A program made the translations under genes and the position numbers. The notes beneath the pieces are model-generated. The model did no database searches and was not told the DNA's origin. It saw nothing but the letters and a program-made list of their open reading frames with translations. From positions 77,592-141,591 of the forward strand of contig JALHOP010000007.1 of assembly GCA_022842935.1 (NCBI GenBank): DNA of 64,000 nucleotides, read 5' to 3'. This DNA comes from Myxococcota bacterium (GTDB lineage Bacteria > Myxococcota > XYA12-FULL-58-9 > JALHOP01). Positions 1 through 11,201 of the stretch are shown here, in pieces (positions within the stretch are counted from its first letter, which is position 1; each line of letters starts with the position of its first letter).

Positions 1-1
1 G

Positions 2-439
2 GTGCTCGGCATTGGCTCGGCCTACGGGCAACTCGGTACGCCGGTGCGCCGGGTCGACTTCTATGCCGCCGACGCAGCCGATCAAGTCTCGCGTTTCACG
101 GGCTCGCCGCGCATGACGCCGAGCTATCGTTTCGTGAACGACCTCGTGCGCCCACCACGGGTGCGCGATGCATTCATCCCCTATCAGCAGCCGTTCTCGG
201 GGTTCGACGCGCACAACTTCTACGCAGCTGGCGGGAGCGCGCTCGGACTCTACTTCGAGCAAAACGGTGCGCGTAGTGTCCGCGCGTTGCATGAGCGCGA
301 GCGGACCGGCGACTTGGTTCACCCGACCCTCGAGCAGGTCATCGCACGCATCCGTCGAAATGGCGGCGAACAGCGTATTTGGGACGCGAACAACCGCCTG
401 CCCCCGCTCGGTGATGATAACGCTCGTCACGCGCGTTGA
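2..439 (+). CDS. 3' end of a hypothetical protein (runs in from the window edge)
   Basis: Open frame from the window start to TGA at 437-439; no recognisable motif. Confidence 0.5.
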   Translation: MLGIGSAYGQLGTPVRRVDFYAADAADQVSRFTGSPRMTPSYRFVNDLVRPPRVRDAFIPYQQPFSGFDAHNFYAAGGSALGLYFEQNGARSVRALHERERTGDLVHPTLEQVIARIRRNGGEQRIWDANNRLPPLGDDNARHAR

Positions 440-524
440 TGCCTTGCCAGTCCACATAGTCGGCAGGTGAAAAGCGGGCCTCGTGGCGCTCCCCGCGCTA
501 ACTTAAGGCCGACGGAGACGTTCC

Positions 525-1751
525 ATGCACAAGGCACTTGGTATCGCGGCCCTCGCGGTCGGTATCGCTTGCAGTAGCGACAAGAGCATCAACCAGCCGC
601 CGGCTGCCGACCCATCGGCCTGTCCAGGCACCACCCTCTCGACGGGGGCGACCGCAACTGCTCCCGGCACGCCCGATCTCACCATCCAAAGTGGTTTGCG
701 CCTCGAGGTCATCGCTCGGGTGAACGGCGCGCGCGAGCTCGCCGCGCTGCCCAACGGCGACCTCATCGTCGGTACTGGTGGTACCGGCGTGTTCATCGTG
801 CCGCATGCTGACCTCGACGACGGTACCTACGCACCGATTCGCTTCGCCACCATCGATGATGCTCCGGCGGCGGGTGTCACCTTCGACGCGAGCACGTGTC
901 GCGTCTACGTGGGCACGAATCACGGTGTGTACTCCATCGCGTACGAAGACGGCGCTACAACGGGTACACCGGTTGGGCCGATCGCCCTGTTGCGTCAGAG
1001 CAACGACAATAGTCACGCGACGACCTCGGTCGCGGTCGCGGGCGACAAGCTCTACGCAGCGGTCGGCTCTTCATGCAACGCCTGCACCGAGTCCGATCCA
1101 ACGCGCGCTACGGTTCAGGTGATGAACCTCGACGGCACCGACATGACGACCTGCGCACGACGCTTCCGCAACCCCATCGCGCTCACGGTCAATCCAGCGA
1201 CAGGCGCGGTCTGGGCCGGCGGGGCGGGCCAAGACGACCTGCCGCTCGGGCACCCGTACGAGATCTTCGATCCCGTTTCGCTTCGTTCCGCCGGAGCGGA
1301 CTACGGCTGGCCCGACTGCGAAGAGAATCGGCGCGTCTACCGCGCAGGGGCCAATTGCTCGAACGTCGTTGTTCCCCGCGTCGCCATGCCTGCTTATTCG
1401 ACGCTCATCGGGGCCGCCTTCTATCCGCTATCGCCGACGGGAGCTCACGCCTTGCCCGCCCAGTATCGCGGAGGTGCCTTCGTCACCATGCACGGCTCCT
1501 GGCACCAAGAGAACGGCGACTACTACTCACCGCCCAGCGTCGCCTTCGTGCCCATGAACGGTGACACGCCCGTCACGCAAGCCGATTGGGACGACCCCCA
1601 TGCGCAGTGGACCGAGCTCGTCGGTGCCTTCCAAAACAGCGACGGCATCAGTCGCTTGGCGCGTCCTACGGGGATCGCGGTGGGGTCTCGCGGAAGCGTC
1701 TTCTTCGCCGATGACGCAAACGGCCTCATCTTCCGTATCCGTCCGGAGTAG
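525..1751 (+). CDS. Lipoprotein, sorbosone/PQQ-dependent sugar dehydrogenase-like beta-propeller
   Basis: Lipobox (GIAC); motifs AVGSSCNAC, RNPIAL, DYGWP, MHGSW, RPTGIAV typical of the family. Confidence 0.8.
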   Translation: MHKALGIAALAVGIACSSDKSINQPPAADPSACPGTTLSTGATATAPGTPDLTIQSGLRLEVIARVNGARELAALPNGDLIVGTGGTGVFIVPHADLDDGTYAPIRFATIDDAPAAGVTFDASTCRVYVGTNHGVYSIAYEDGATTGTPVGPIALLRQSNDNSHATTSVAVAGDKLYAAVGSSCNACTESDPTRATVQVMNLDGTDMTTCARRFRNPIALTVNPATGAVWAGGAGQDDLPLGHPYEIFDPVSLRSAGADYGWPDCEENRRVYRAGANCSNVVVPRVAMPAYSTLIGAAFYPLSPTGAHALPAQYRGGAFVTMHGSWHQENGDYYSPPSVAFVPMNGDTPVTQADWDDPHAQWTELVGAFQNSDGISRLARPTGIAVGSRGSVFFADDANGLIFRIRPE

Positions 1752-1941
1752 CAGGCGCCACAGCTGGGGCCATTGTCCGCCACAGCGGTGTCGCGTTTCG
1801 CCCCCACCGGGTCGTGGGTGGGGAGAAATGCCGCAACTCAGCGATGGCCAAAGGAAATTCGTTGGTGGACCCACTCCCCATTTGGGGCGCGCCGCTTACA
1901 TTTGAGTAGCGTTCGCGTCATTCAAATAGGGGGACAGGGCC

Positions 1942-2514
1942 ATGGGCGTTTGGTGGACCAAGCGGTTAGGTGCAGTGGTGTTGGCTGCGGTAGCTCAGTT
2001 GACGGCATGTGGCGGTGAGGGCGGCAACGGTGGCGATGATGGCGGCGACGAGCAGAACACCCCCGGCGAGCCCAGTCAGCGGACCGGAAGCGGCATCAGC
2101 GAAGCGTGTGCGTTGTTCCCCGGCGCCAGCACGCAAGTCAATCTGACGGCCAGCGCGGCCGGCGCGCCGCTCCTCAATGGCGCGACCAACTATCATGTGA
2201 TCACCGCGGAAGGAGCCGCAGGTTGGACCGGCTACTTCTCGTTCACCACGCGCGGTGGCGACGTTGTTTTCAGCGTGGACACCACTGCGATCACGCTCGA
2301 CCTGCCGCAGGGCCAGGCCAAGCCGCCGACCCCGACGTTCATCGTGACCTCGAACGGCGGTGCGGTCTCGGCATCCGAGGCAGTTGCCGCTCCGCTCGAG
2401 TGTGAATCCGTCGCTGGAGCCTATCGCTACGAGCTCGGCGCAGGCACGTATCAGGTCCTCGTGAACCCAACTGCCTGGTACCAGTTCCGTCTCGTCGCGT
2501 CCGAGGTTGACTGA
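1942..2514 (+). CDS. Hypothetical lipoprotein
   Basis: Signal peptide with LTAC lipobox, Gly/Asp-rich linker, beta-rich domain. Confidence 0.7.
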   Translation: MGVWWTKRLGAVVLAAVAQLTACGGEGGNGGDDGGDEQNTPGEPSQRTGSGISEACALFPGASTQVNLTASAAGAPLLNGATNYHVITAEGAAGWTGYFSFTTRGGDVVFSVDTTAITLDLPQGQAKPPTPTFIVTSNGGAVSASEAVAAPLECESVAGAYRYELGAGTYQVLVNPTAWYQFRLVASEVD

Positions 2515-2621
2515 AGCGCGATCGCGTCGGGATCATGCCGTTCAAACGCGCCTGACGAGGCGATAGGCTGGCGAGCGTCGCCCGAGAGATTCCCGCCGCT
2601 ATCTCTTCTGTTGCCCGTCCT

Positions 2622-3728
2622 TCAAGACGTGAGCACCTCGTCCGCGCGGAGGTCATCGATAGCGGTGGCTTGACGTCCAACGAGCGTTTCCAACAACGAT
2701 TTGGCGCTCCCTTGCGCAGAGTTGTGGAGAGAGACGCTGGTCGCGGTGCGGTAGAACGCGACGTTGACGCAGTGTCTGTAGAGGTCGAACCACGCGTCAT
2801 AAGCTGGGGTGATTGCGGCCTCGTCGTAGTAGGTGCGCAGGCTCGTCATCTCGAGAGAGCGCCGAACTTCGGGCGCGACCGAGCTCGAGAAAAAGAACGC
2901 GACATCGAAGGCTCCCGCGCCGCGACTGACGAGCTGCCAATCGAAGATGATCGGTTCTCCGCTTTGGCGGAAGAACATGTTGTCAGCTTTGCAGTCGCCG
3001 TGAAGCAAGACAGGCGATGAATCCGCAACGCGACGAATCGAGGATACAGCTCCTCGTGCCATCCGGTCCCCGACGCGGCGGGCGCGTTCGCCCAAGGATT
3101 CGCCTCTTTCGGCCCGCCACCGTGCCCAGCGGTCGGCACGCGGATCCGCGCCTTGCTGCCGTTGTGCGATGTGCATGAACGGGGGAGGCCAGGAGGCGGA
3201 CGCCAGCTGCCGAAACGTGGACGGCTGATGCAGGTCCGCGAGCGTACGGAGTACCTGCTCGGCCTGTCGTTGCGAGCAGCCAGCGTCGATGTCGCCCGCT
3301 GTCAGCGTCACATCATGGCTCAGGTCTTCGAGGACCAGCACCCCTTTGCCGTCCGCATCGACGTGTCCAAAGTAGAACTTCGGCGTGAGAACCGTCAGGC
3401 GTGGGGAGCAGTTGCGGTAAAAGTCGATCTCGTGCGCGCTCCAACCAGCGATACGATTGGCGCGCGCAATGGTGGGGTTGCTCGTGGGGAGCTTCACGAT
3501 AAGGCGCAGCGGCGTTGGGTTTCGAGCGTCTGCAACGACGGCACTCACGCGAACAGTCTGGCTCGCGGCCCCAGTCGCGACGGGTTCGACAGCCGACGCC
3601 TGGACACGCTCGTTGACGCCTACGACTGCGGCACAGCGCAATGCGCGGGTGAGCCAGTCGTCCGTCAGGTCGCCTGCGCTAAGTGGCAAATCGATGGGCG
3701 TTGGGGGCACTGGCGTCCAGCTCATCAC
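2622..3728 (-). CDS. APH/choline-ecdysteroid kinase-like phosphotransferase
   Basis: Brenner-type HGDCKADN and DWQ motifs; LVLEDL. Confidence 0.85.
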   Translation of the reverse strand: MMSWTPVPPTPIDLPLSAGDLTDDWLTRALRCAAVVGVNERVQASAVEPVATGAASQTVRVSAVVADARNPTPLRLIVKLPTSNPTIARANRIAGWSAHEIDFYRNCSPRLTVLTPKFYFGHVDADGKGVLVLEDLSHDVTLTAGDIDAGCSQRQAEQVLRTLADLHQPSTFRQLASASWPPPFMHIAQRQQGADPRADRWARWRAERGESLGERARRVGDRMARGAVSSIRRVADSSPVLLHGDCKADNMFFRQSGEPIIFDWQLVSRGAGAFDVAFFFSSSVAPEVRRSLEMTSLRTYYDEAAITPAYDAWFDLYRHCVNVAFYRTATSVSLHNSAQGSAKSLLETLVGRQATAIDDLRADEVLTS

Positions 3729-3777
3729 ACGGTCCCGGCGACCCGCAAATGCACTCGAGCAGCAAGTTTAAGCGCAA

Positions 3778-5580
<1,803 letters not shown>

Positions 5581-5794
5581 GGGCTTCGTGGCTCGGGAAA
5601 ACCACGACAGTCGCAAGAATGTCACACATTGGTGCCCGGCGCACGTCGAGGTGGGCACGACCATCCAGAGGGCTATCGTCACTGGGGGGCGACGGCCGGG
5701 GCCGGGGATGACCCGAGCCGAGCGAGAGCGCCCCATCATGGCAGTGCCCCTCACCGCGTGGACCGCGAAGACGCACGCGTGTTACGCTTTGTCC

Positions 5795-6040
5795 ATGGTC
5801 GACAAGGCTCGCATCGTCAGTGCGCTCGTCGAGCTAGAGCTCGACCTGGTCGCCGCGTACCTGTTCGGCTCCGCCGCGCGGAATCAGCTCCGGAAGGGTA
5901 GTGACTTCGATCTCGGGGTCCTGACTGCGGGAGTGCCTCTTCTGCCCGTTCAGCGCTGGGAGCTTCAGGAGCAGCTAGCGGCGCAGCTCAATCGCAACAT
6001 CGACCTCATCAAGCAGCGCGGTTCTGTCTATGGTCGATGA
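5795..6040 (+). pseudogene. mntA: MntA-like minimal nucleotidyltransferase antitoxin, apparently with an internal in-frame deletion (81 aa)
   Basis: YLFGS-X10-DFD motif; ...NIDL joins directly to the family-like C-terminal IKQRGSVYGR; overlaps the HEPN gene start. Confidence 0.7.
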
Positions 6041-6455
6041 CGTCGTCCTCAACAAAGTCGCGAGCATCGAACGATGTCTGCAACGCGTGCGCGACGAGTA
6101 CGACGGCCGGCCAGAGAATCTCGACAACCAAACAAAGCAGGACGCGATCGTCTTGAATCTGCAGCGAGCGTGCGAAGCCTCGATCGACCTCGCGATGCAT
6201 CTGGTGAGCCGTTTGCGTCTCGGCGTCCCGCAGGAGAGGCGTGACGCATTCGAGCTCCTCGCAGGCGCTGGTCTGCTGCAGCGGTCACTAAGTGACGCTT
6301 TGAAGCAAATGGTCGGTTTTCGAAACGTCGCGGTGGACGACTATCAGAAGCTAAGCTTGCCCATCGTGAGGGCGATAGTGGAGCACCGGCTCGCTGACTT
6401 CGTCGATTTCTCGCGCGTGGCCATCGCGACGGCAGAGCGCACCGCATCCCAATAG
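6030..6455 (+). CDS. hepT: HepT-like HEPN (DUF86) ribonuclease toxin with the catalytic His replaced by Asp
   Basis: LNLQRACEASIDLAMH; MVGFRNVAVDDY instead of the RX4HXY motif. Confidence 0.88.
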   Translation: MVDDVVLNKVASIERCLQRVRDEYDGRPENLDNQTKQDAIVLNLQRACEASIDLAMHLVSRLRLGVPQERRDAFELLAGAGLLQRSLSDALKQMVGFRNVAVDDYQKLSLPIVRAIVEHRLADFVDFSRVAIATAERTASQ

Positions 6456-6500
6456 AGCGCTGAAAAGTTACGCCAAGGCGCTCGCGGTTCTCGAGGCGGA

Positions 6501-7928
6501 TCACTCTCCGCGCAGAGAAACGAGTGCTGCGGCCTGGCGAAGCGACATGCCCAGCTTATCGATCTGGGAAAGTAGCCGCATCGCGACGTCTTGGACGTTG
6601 CTCGGCTCGGTTGCGCCGCGCCGCTCGATACAGCTCAGCGCCGCCCGGGCGTGGAAGGCATAGATTCCGTTGCTGTCGAGCTCACCACGCATGCGCTTTG
6701 CGAGGACTCCAATCAGCACACGTTCGACCCCAGTGCGTGCGGGGTCGACCGCAAAAGCATAGCCACGCCGAACGTCGTCCTCAGGCACCTTCGCGCCGAT
6801 CTTCTTCGGAAGCCGAAACGCTTCTTCGAAATCGGCCAACGCGGCCATTGCCTGCGAGGCGCTCGAGCTCGGAACGTGTGCCACTTCGAACTCTGTCGGA
6901 TACGGGTCTGACAGGGGCGCGGCTTGGTCGATCGAAGCGCGCAAGCGCATAGCGATCTCGAACGTCACCATGTGTTCCCAGGGCTTGGTGTACTCGTTGC
7001 GTTGCCACTCCGGCCGCTGCGCTTCAATTTCGCGCTTCTCGCAGCTCTGGGTGAGCCCCTCGCCGTCAAACACTGCATTGCGAATGATCGGCGCAAGCTC
7101 TGCTTTGGCCTCGGGCGAGATTGCGTCGAAGCTCGCCGCGATAGCGCTTAGCCGCTCGGCACGAAGCACGTCGAAGCTGCCGGACATCGTCTCGCGAACG
7201 AGGGGAGCAAGCTCTGCTCTGGCCTCGAGCGAGAGTGCGTCGAAGCTCGTCGCGATAGCGCTGAACTTCCCGCCCAGAAGCGCGTCGAAGAAGTCTGCAC
7301 GCATCGCGATGTCGGGGTGGGTGACTGGGTTGATGTGATCGCCCGCAGCCACGAAGCCTTCGAGAAGTGCGCGGGTGCTGGCGTCAACCTTTCGTCGTGT
7401 GTGGTCGAGCCGTTGAAGGAGCTGCTTTGAGCGCCGGGCGAGAAGTACTACCACCTCTGGAGCCTCGACCCGTGCCTCGTCGGTCCCCACACGGTTGGTC
7501 CCTGGTGGGATGAGCTCTGCGAGGTTTGCGCGCGCCTCGTCGTTGAGGGTCTGCCCCTGCCGACGGTAGCTCAACTCCTCCCGGTAGCCCCAAATGTGGA
7601 ACGCCGCGTGACAGGCCGCGGCACCTGCCGCGCAGGCCTGCAACAGAGGTCCGCCCGCTCCCAGGAGGGGGACCGGGATGAGTCCCCACAGGATGAGCGC
7701 GAACATGCTAGGATCAGCTAGTTTCTCCACGAAATCGGCCGGTAAATCGCTCGGCTTCGGCGTCCGCACGAGGTGGTCCGTGTTACGCTCGAACGTCGTG
7801 ACGCTCTTTTTGACTCGTTGCTGGAGCTCGCTTCCCGAGGGGGCGCGCACGACCAGCTCTCCGCCAGTCGAGGGCAGAACGACGAATCGCTGGCTGACAA
7901 GTGTGGAAGCTGTCGTCGTGCTCGTCAT
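6501..7928 (-). CDS. Hypothetical protein with a hydrophobic hairpin and an internal 38-aa duplication
   Basis: Long ORF, GAGG RBS, Thr/Ser-rich N-terminus, 114-bp internal repeat. Confidence 0.75.
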   Translation of the reverse strand: MTSTTTASTLVSQRFVVLPSTGGELVVRAPSGSELQQRVKKSVTTFERNTDHLVRTPKPSDLPADFVEKLADPSMFALILWGLIPVPLLGAGGPLLQACAAGAAACHAAFHIWGYREELSYRRQGQTLNDEARANLAELIPPGTNRVGTDEARVEAPEVVVLLARRSKQLLQRLDHTRRKVDASTRALLEGFVAAGDHINPVTHPDIAMRADFFDALLGGKFSAIATSFDALSLEARAELAPLVRETMSGSFDVLRAERLSAIAASFDAISPEAKAELAPIIRNAVFDGEGLTQSCEKREIEAQRPEWQRNEYTKPWEHMVTFEIAMRLRASIDQAAPLSDPYPTEFEVAHVPSSSASQAMAALADFEEAFRLPKKIGAKVPEDDVRRGYAFAVDPARTGVERVLIGVLAKRMRGELDSNGIYAFHARAALSCIERRGATEPSNVQDVAMRLLSQIDKLGMSLRQAAALVSLRGE

Positions 7929-8023
7929 GAATCACCTCTAGTTTCCAGCTTGAGCCAAAGCGTTTTTCGCATCGCGAACCCCAAAAAGGCCCCATCCCGG
8001 CGACCCGCGGCTGAATTGCTGCG

Positions 8024-9475
8024 CTATGCCGCCTTGAACGCGGCACGAAGGCGTTCGACAGCCTCCGCGAGCGTGCGACCGTGTTCGCTATCGCGGGCGC
8101 CACTCATCCGCGTGAGTACCTGCTCGAGCTTTGCGGGGTACTTGAAGTCGTCGAGGCTCTTTGCGATCGGCGCGGCGAGTGGTCCAGCGCGTAGGCTCCT
8201 CACGAGTAGTGCGAGCTCATCGCACAGTGTCGCGGCCTTCACCGCGTCGCCCGGATCGGTGAAGCGCCCATAGCCCGCGATCTTGCTGAGACCGTCCACG
8301 TAAGCACCGACGACCTCACGCGCCCCGTTGACCGCGGTCTCACGCGAGCGTGGCGTGTCGACGAACCCCTCGAACACGATGACGTCGAGGCCGTGATTGA
8401 GACGGTAGTCTTCGGCCTTGCTGACGCCCAGGCCGTTCGCGGCGATGACGTGCGGTAGACCCTTGGTGACGAGAATCTGCTCGACCGTCTCGGGTGCGCG
8501 GTCGCGGTGGTTGATGGTGAACTTGCGCTCGAACGGATAGCCTACCCGGTGACGCGGGAGCGTTGTATCGACGGCCGCGCTGCGCCGCATGTCACCAAGG
8601 TCGAGCTTTGCTGCAACGTTGGGCTTTACCGCGCGCAAAATGGCCAGCGCTTCATGCGCCACGTCCGCGATCGCGGCACGACAAACTGCCCCGCGTCCGG
8701 CAAAGTGACTTAGCAGGGCTTGATGCGATGCTTCGGGGGTCAACGCAGGCATGGCGTCTTGCCACTGATAGCCATCCCAGGACCTGACGGACACCGAATC
8801 GGTGACGCGAAGGAACGGCACCGGCGTTCCGAAGACTGACGCGGGGCGTTGGTTGTGCATCGCCTTTGCGGCGCCAACTAGGTCGACGAGCGATGCGACT
8901 TCTTTTTCTCCTACGATCGTCGAGAGGTCGATGAGGCTGCGTTCGGCGAGTGCGTTCACGAGCCCAAGGCCTGCCGCGATGTATTCGGCACGTGTGCTGC
9001 CCGCGTCGACCCCCCGTCGGGGATGCGACTCCGTCTCGAAAAGCTGCTCTGGCCAATCTTTGATGTTCCAAGCGAGGGAGCCGGTGAGCGCCTTGAAGAT
9101 CGAATCCCCAACCTGCTTGAGCCTGACTGCGGCATCGCAACCCGGCTGAAACCAACCGCGCAGCATGTCATGAACGGCGACTCGCGCTCGGTGAGCCTGA
9201 CCCGCTTCGCCCGTAAAGTCGCGTTTGATGTTGGCGAAATGATGCATGTTGCCGAGCACGCCCGCGACAACAACAGCACGCTGCATGGCCTCGGGCGACA
9301 ACGTCTTCGCCGGCCGCGGTGGTTGTTTGCACTCGACGCCGTCCGGCCCATGAGGCTGACGAAGGGATTGCATTTGCGGGCCGCTCGCTGTCAGCGAAGG
9401 GCCAAGGTCGATTAGCCTGAGAGTCAGCCAGGGTAGGTTGAGGGCGACTGCATTTGGGGCATTGTCGACGTTCAT
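8024..9475 (-). CDS. Hypothetical protein (start moved to ATG 9475)
   Basis: Long ORF; the upstream GTG lies inside a putative promoter. Confidence 0.7.
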   Translation of the reverse strand: MNVDNAPNAVALNLPWLTLRLIDLGPSLTASGPQMQSLRQPHGPDGVECKQPPRPAKTLSPEAMQRAVVVAGVLGNMHHFANIKRDFTGEAGQAHRARVAVHDMLRGWFQPGCDAAVRLKQVGDSIFKALTGSLAWNIKDWPEQLFETESHPRRGVDAGSTRAEYIAAGLGLVNALAERSLIDLSTIVGEKEVASLVDLVGAAKAMHNQRPASVFGTPVPFLRVTDSVSVRSWDGYQWQDAMPALTPEASHQALLSHFAGRGAVCRAAIADVAHEALAILRAVKPNVAAKLDLGDMRRSAAVDTTLPRHRVGYPFERKFTINHRDRAPETVEQILVTKGLPHVIAANGLGVSKAEDYRLNHGLDVIVFEGFVDTPRSRETAVNGAREVVGAYVDGLSKIAGYGRFTDPGDAVKAATLCDELALLVRSLRAGPLAAPIAKSLDDFKYPAKLEQVLTRMSGARDSEHGRTLAEAVERLRAAFKAA

Positions 9476-9482
9476 GGTGACA

Positions 9483-9510
9483 GTATCGGACGGCACCTAA
9501 GGCTAGTTCG
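9483..9510 (-). promoter_or_regulatory. Putative sigma28-like promoter CGAACT-N14-TCCGATAC
   Basis: Matches a motif recurring before five other genes; 7 nt from ATG 9475 (possibly leaderless). Confidence 0.45.
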
Positions 9511-9552
9511 CCCCAGAACACTGCCACCTCGTCATGGCCCCGACGGCGTGCG

Positions 9553-10047
9553 CTAGCGGCGGCGCTCGCGGTTCTCCTTCATGCGCTCGCGCACGCGCTG
9601 GCGTTGCTCCTCGCTTAGGTTGTCGCGCTTGTCGAGTCGCTCGAGCAGTCGCTGTCGGTCTTCGGGGGCCATGCGCGAGAGGTTTCGGTAGACTTCCCGC
9701 AGGCGCTCGCGGCGCTCGGGTGAATACGTCTTGAAGCGCTCGAACTGGTCGCGAACGCGGCGCTGGTCGTCGGCCGATAACCGCTTGAACGCACGGTAAC
9801 TATCGACGAGCGCAGCGCGTCGTTCGGGCGACAAAGCGCGGAACTTGGCGTAGCGCTCGCGCACTGCCTGCTTCTGCTCGGGCGTAAGCGTCTTGAAGCG
9901 CTCGAAAGCGGTCCGTACCTTCGCTTTTTCGTCTTCGGAAAGCTCGTTCCAGCGCTCCATGGGGGCGACTTCGCGCGGAGCGTCCTGGGCCACCGCGACG
10001 CGCGCGACGGCGAGAATGGCGAGCGTCACCAGGGTCGTGAGCTTCAT
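9553..10047 (-). CDS. DUF3106-like exported helical repeat protein
   Basis: Signal peptide; repeated (W/F)xxLspEqr units. Confidence 0.8.
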   Translation of the reverse strand: MKLTTLVTLAILAVARVAVAQDAPREVAPMERWNELSEDEKAKVRTAFERFKTLTPEQKQAVRERYAKFRALSPERRAALVDSYRAFKRLSADDQRRVRDQFERFKTYSPERRERLREVYRNLSRMAPEDRQRLLERLDKRDNLSEEQRQRVRERMKENRERRR

Positions 10048-10391
10048 TGCGGCACCTCATCGGTCTTGGGGCTGTCTGCCGAGGCGAGCAGCTCGAGCAC
10101 TTCGAGGTCGGCGACGACGTCGTAGTCCTCGTAGAGATCCATCTCGTAGGCGATCTCGAGCGCCGCTTGGGCTTCGTCGGTCTTGTCGGGGACGATGATA
10201 GCGACCGCGATAGCGGCTGCCGTTGCGGCGATAGCGCCGAGACTCATCACCCAAACACGAAACCCGCGTCGCGCGCGCTGGGCCTTGTGCTCCGCGAGCC
10301 GCGCGTGAAAGCGCGTATCGAACCCTGGGCGCATCTCTTCATCGGCGTCCGTTGCCAGCAAGGCATCGAGCGGATCGGTTTCGGGCTTCAT
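10044..10391 (-). CDS. Putative single-pass anti-sigma factor
   Basis: ATGA-coupled to the ECF sigma; PGFDTRFHARL, one TM segment, acidic Leu-rich C-terminus. Confidence 0.75.
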   Translation of the reverse strand: MKPETDPLDALLATDADEEMRPGFDTRFHARLAEHKAQRARRGFRVWVMSLGAIAATAAAIAVAIIVPDKTDEAQAALEIAYEMDLYEDYDVVADLEVLELLASADSPKTDEVPQ

Positions 10392-11014
10392 GTGCTGCTC
10401 CTTGCTTCGGTAGCCGCTGGCATCCATGGGGCGAGGTCCGTGGTGAGACGTGCGCGCGCCCGATGAACCAGTGACTTCACGGCTGCTTCGGTGACGTCGA
10501 GCATGTCTGCGGCTTCGCGGTAGCTCGCGCCTTCGTAGTGGCACAACACTAGCGCTGCTCGCTGTGTGTCGGGAAGCTTGGCGAGCGCGATGCGCAGCGA
10601 CTCGCGCAGGTCGCTGCGCTCGACCAGATGGTCCGCTGAGGCGTTGTCGCCTTGCATCGTGCGGTCGAGATCGGGATCGACGCTCGTCATGCGTTCGCTC
10701 TTCTTGGCGCGGCTGTTCAAGCAGTGGTTGATGGCGATGCGGTAAAGGAAGGTCGAGAAGCGCGCCTTGGGCGTGTAGCTCTTCTTTGCCCCGTAGAGCT
10801 TCAAGAAGACGTCCTGGGCTGCCTCTTCGGCGCGCGCGCGATCCCCGAGCATGCGCCTCGCCAGGTTGAAGATGCGGGTCTTGTAGCGATCGTAAAGCTC
10901 CACGAAAGCACCCTCATTGCCCTGCACGAACGCGGTCATGGCCCGGGCATCGGCGTCGTCCACACTCCCTTCAACCGGGGAGCGGCCGTTTGGTTGCGGG
11001 TCGGCCTCAGTCAC
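10388..11014 (-). CDS. ECF RNA polymerase sigma factor
   Basis: Region 2 (AEEAAQDVFLK, FSTFLYRIAIN) and region 4 (LPDTQR, SYREAA, VKSLVHRAR). Confidence 0.95.
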   Translation of the reverse strand: MTEADPQPNGRSPVEGSVDDADARAMTAFVQGNEGAFVELYDRYKTRIFNLARRMLGDRARAEEAAQDVFLKLYGAKKSYTPKARFSTFLYRIAINHCLNSRAKKSERMTSVDPDLDRTMQGDNASADHLVERSDLRESLRIALAKLPDTQRAALVLCHYEGASYREAADMLDVTEAAVKSLVHRARARLTTDLAPWMPAATEARSST

Positions 11015-11201
11015 CCAGGACCTCCCAGCTCTCGAGTAGCTCTAGCGAGCGCAGGAGCTCGAGGTCTTCGAGGAGCTCAGGTGGTGGCGCACAGGTCGGT
11101 AGAGGTGGGCCAACGAAGGTCGGTGGCGGCGGGACGTCAGAGCACGGGACGACTACGGGGTCGCCGAGGAGAGCGAGCAGGATGAGGGCCCGGGCGCTCA
11201 C
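11007..11201 (-). CDS. Small exported Pro-rich protein with an ELLEDLELL motif
   Basis: Overlaps both neighbours; hydrophobic N-terminus; acidic-Leu tail similar to the anti-sigma tail. Confidence 0.65.
   Translation of the reverse strand: MSARALILLALLGDPVVVPCSDVPPPPTFVGPPLPTCAPPPELLEDLELLRSLELLESWEVLGD

Noticed and set aside
5581-5794. Long N-terminal extensions of dnaK and mntA in the ORF track
   Set aside because: Family-typical starts are at 5580 and 5795; the extensions overlap each other on opposite strands
7992-8019. Seventh sigma28-like promoter (GCAATT-N14-CGGGATGG) before the 6501-7928 gene
   Set aside because: The -10 box is too degenerate to count
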